From Alkalinema sp. CAN_BIN05 (GTDB taxonomy: Bacteria > Cyanobacteriota > Cyanobacteriia > Leptolyngbyales > Leptolyngbyaceae): DNA of 28,282 bases. Each line of letters opens with the position of its first letter. Position 1 is the first letter of the stretch. Shown here piece by piece: positions 27,089 through 28,282 of this stretch. The translations under genes and the position numbers were made by a program. The stretch covers positions 1 to 28,282 of the forward strand of contig JAJAYH010000176.1 of assembly GCA_026786325.1 (NCBI GenBank), written 5' to 3'. The notes beneath the pieces were generated by a model. The model had not been told where the DNA came from and did not search any database. It saw only the letters and a list, made by a program, of their open reading frames with translations.

Positions 27089-27128
27089 TAAGGGGCGTTC
27101 TTGATAAAAGAACGTCCCTTAGTTTTGT
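27089..27128 (+). terminator. Intrinsic terminator-like hairpin between rplO and secY
   Basis: 14-bp stem TAAGGGGCGTTCTT (27089-27102) / AAGAACGTCCCTTA (27108-27121) with one G-U pair, followed by GTTTTGTT. Confidence 0.7.
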
Positions 27129-27178
27129 TAAAACGGCATAAAATCTTAGAATGAACCGTACTTCAAGGAGTTTACTCA

Positions 27179-28282
27179 ATGGTCGTCAATCGCGATAAAG
27201 CTCCCACCGCGCAAGAAACGTTGCTTCAAATGGTTCAGTCTCCTGCACTGCGGAGTAGATTGCTTGTGACCATTGGTCTGCTTGTTTTACTGCGTCTCGG
27301 TATTTTTATTCCTATTCCAGGTATTAATCGAGCCGCATTCGCTGCCAGTCTAAGCAACAATGCCGCGCTGGGATTTCTCGATCTCTTTGCTGGGGGCGGT
27401 TTGAAAGCATTGGGCGTGTTTGCGCTAGGGATTATTCCTTACATCAATGCGTCTATCATCATTCAACTTCTCACGGCTGCTATTCCTTCCCTTGAAGATT
27501 TACAGAAGAATGAAGGCGAGGCCGGACGGCGAAAAATTTCCCAGCTCACCCGCTATTTAGCTGGAGGATGGGCAGTCATTCAAAGTACTTTGCTGACGGT
27601 CGGACTACTTGGCGGGTTAAGCGGAGCCAGTGGTTTTGTTTACAGTCCTGGTCCTTGGTTTGTTATACAGACAGTCCTAACTTTGACAGCCGGATCAATG
27701 TTTGTGATGTGGGTCTCTGAGTTGATAACTGAACGAGGAATCGGTAATGGAGCCTCGTTACTGATTGCGCTCAACATTGTTTCCAGTTTGCCGGGGAACC
27801 TCGGTAAAACCTTGGAACTTGCCCAAAGCGGCAACCAAGAGCGACTGGGCGGTGTTTTAATTGTCTTGATTGTCTTCTTGGCCATGGTGTTTGGGATTGT
27901 TTTTGTCCAAGAAGCGATGCGGCGGATTCCAATTCTGATTGCTAGACGACAAATTGGGCGAGTCCAGGCCAACGACAAAAGCAGCTATCTTCCCTTGAGA
28001 CTCAATCAGGGCGGTGTGATGCCAATTATTTTTGCATCTTCTGTCTTGAGCTTGCCGTCGTTTTTGGGAGGATCGTTAAATAATCCTGCCATCAGTAATT
28101 TCATTGGGAACTATCTGCGCCCCGCGACGATTTCCTATGATTTGGTTTACTTCGCGATGATCCTATTTTTTAGCTATTTTTATGCTTCTCTCGTGGTTCC
28201 CCCCGACTAGTTGGAAAAAAACCTTAATAAATTGGGCGCCACCATTCCTGGTGTGCGCCGGGGGCAAGACACGACTCGGCAC
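27179..28282 (+). CDS. secY: Preprotein translocase SecY; partial at the right edge, with an apparent in-frame TAG at 28208-28210
   Basis: FALGIIPYINASIIIQLL, ITERGIGNGASLLI and LPLRLNQGGVMPIIFAS; the same frame continues past the TAG as LEKNLNKLGATIPGVRRG, a SecY C5-loop-like sequence. Confidence 0.97.

Noticed and set aside
18387-27978. Many antisense or alternate-frame ORFs over the ribosomal genes (e.g. 18624..19178, 23385..23951), and similar ones over era, clc and DUF3155
   Set aside because: They fully overlap highly conserved genes, resemble no family I recognise, and are expected shadows of codon bias.
1-28282. CRISPR array, rRNA, integrase, prophage or intact transposase
   Set aside because: No regularly spaced 25-45 bp repeats, no rRNA signatures and no recombinase or transposase ORF were seen; all repeats are two- or three-copy micro-repeats.

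Overview
Cyanobacterial chromosomal DNA, identified by HIP1 GCGATCGC enrichment, pex, ccb1, hik2, cyAbrB and a cyanobacterial-type ribosomal protein gene order. It is mostly conserved housekeeping sequence. The left 18 kb holds an O-antigen-ligase-like gene broken by three in-frame stops, DUF3611, pex, ccb1, DUF3155, hik2, mtnA, cyAbrB, a ClC-CBS transporter, DUF924, a MazG-like gene, a short class II aldolase, era, a hypothetical membrane protein, Uma2, pgeF and an M23 peptidase. The right 10 kb is the rplC-to-secY cluster, ending in a secY tail that looks error-ridden. I found no rRNA, tRNA, CRISPR array, integrase or complete IS, and no clear-cut new multi-gene system. Best leads: (1) a small aldolase plus internally duplicated MazG unit; (2) a roughly 400-nt rplC leader and an rplE hairpin as candidate ribosomal autoregulatory RNAs; (3) a ClC with Pro at the selectivity-filter Ser position; (4) frame-preserving nonsense codons, which may be assembly errors. 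Family names come from motif recognition and memory, not database searches.
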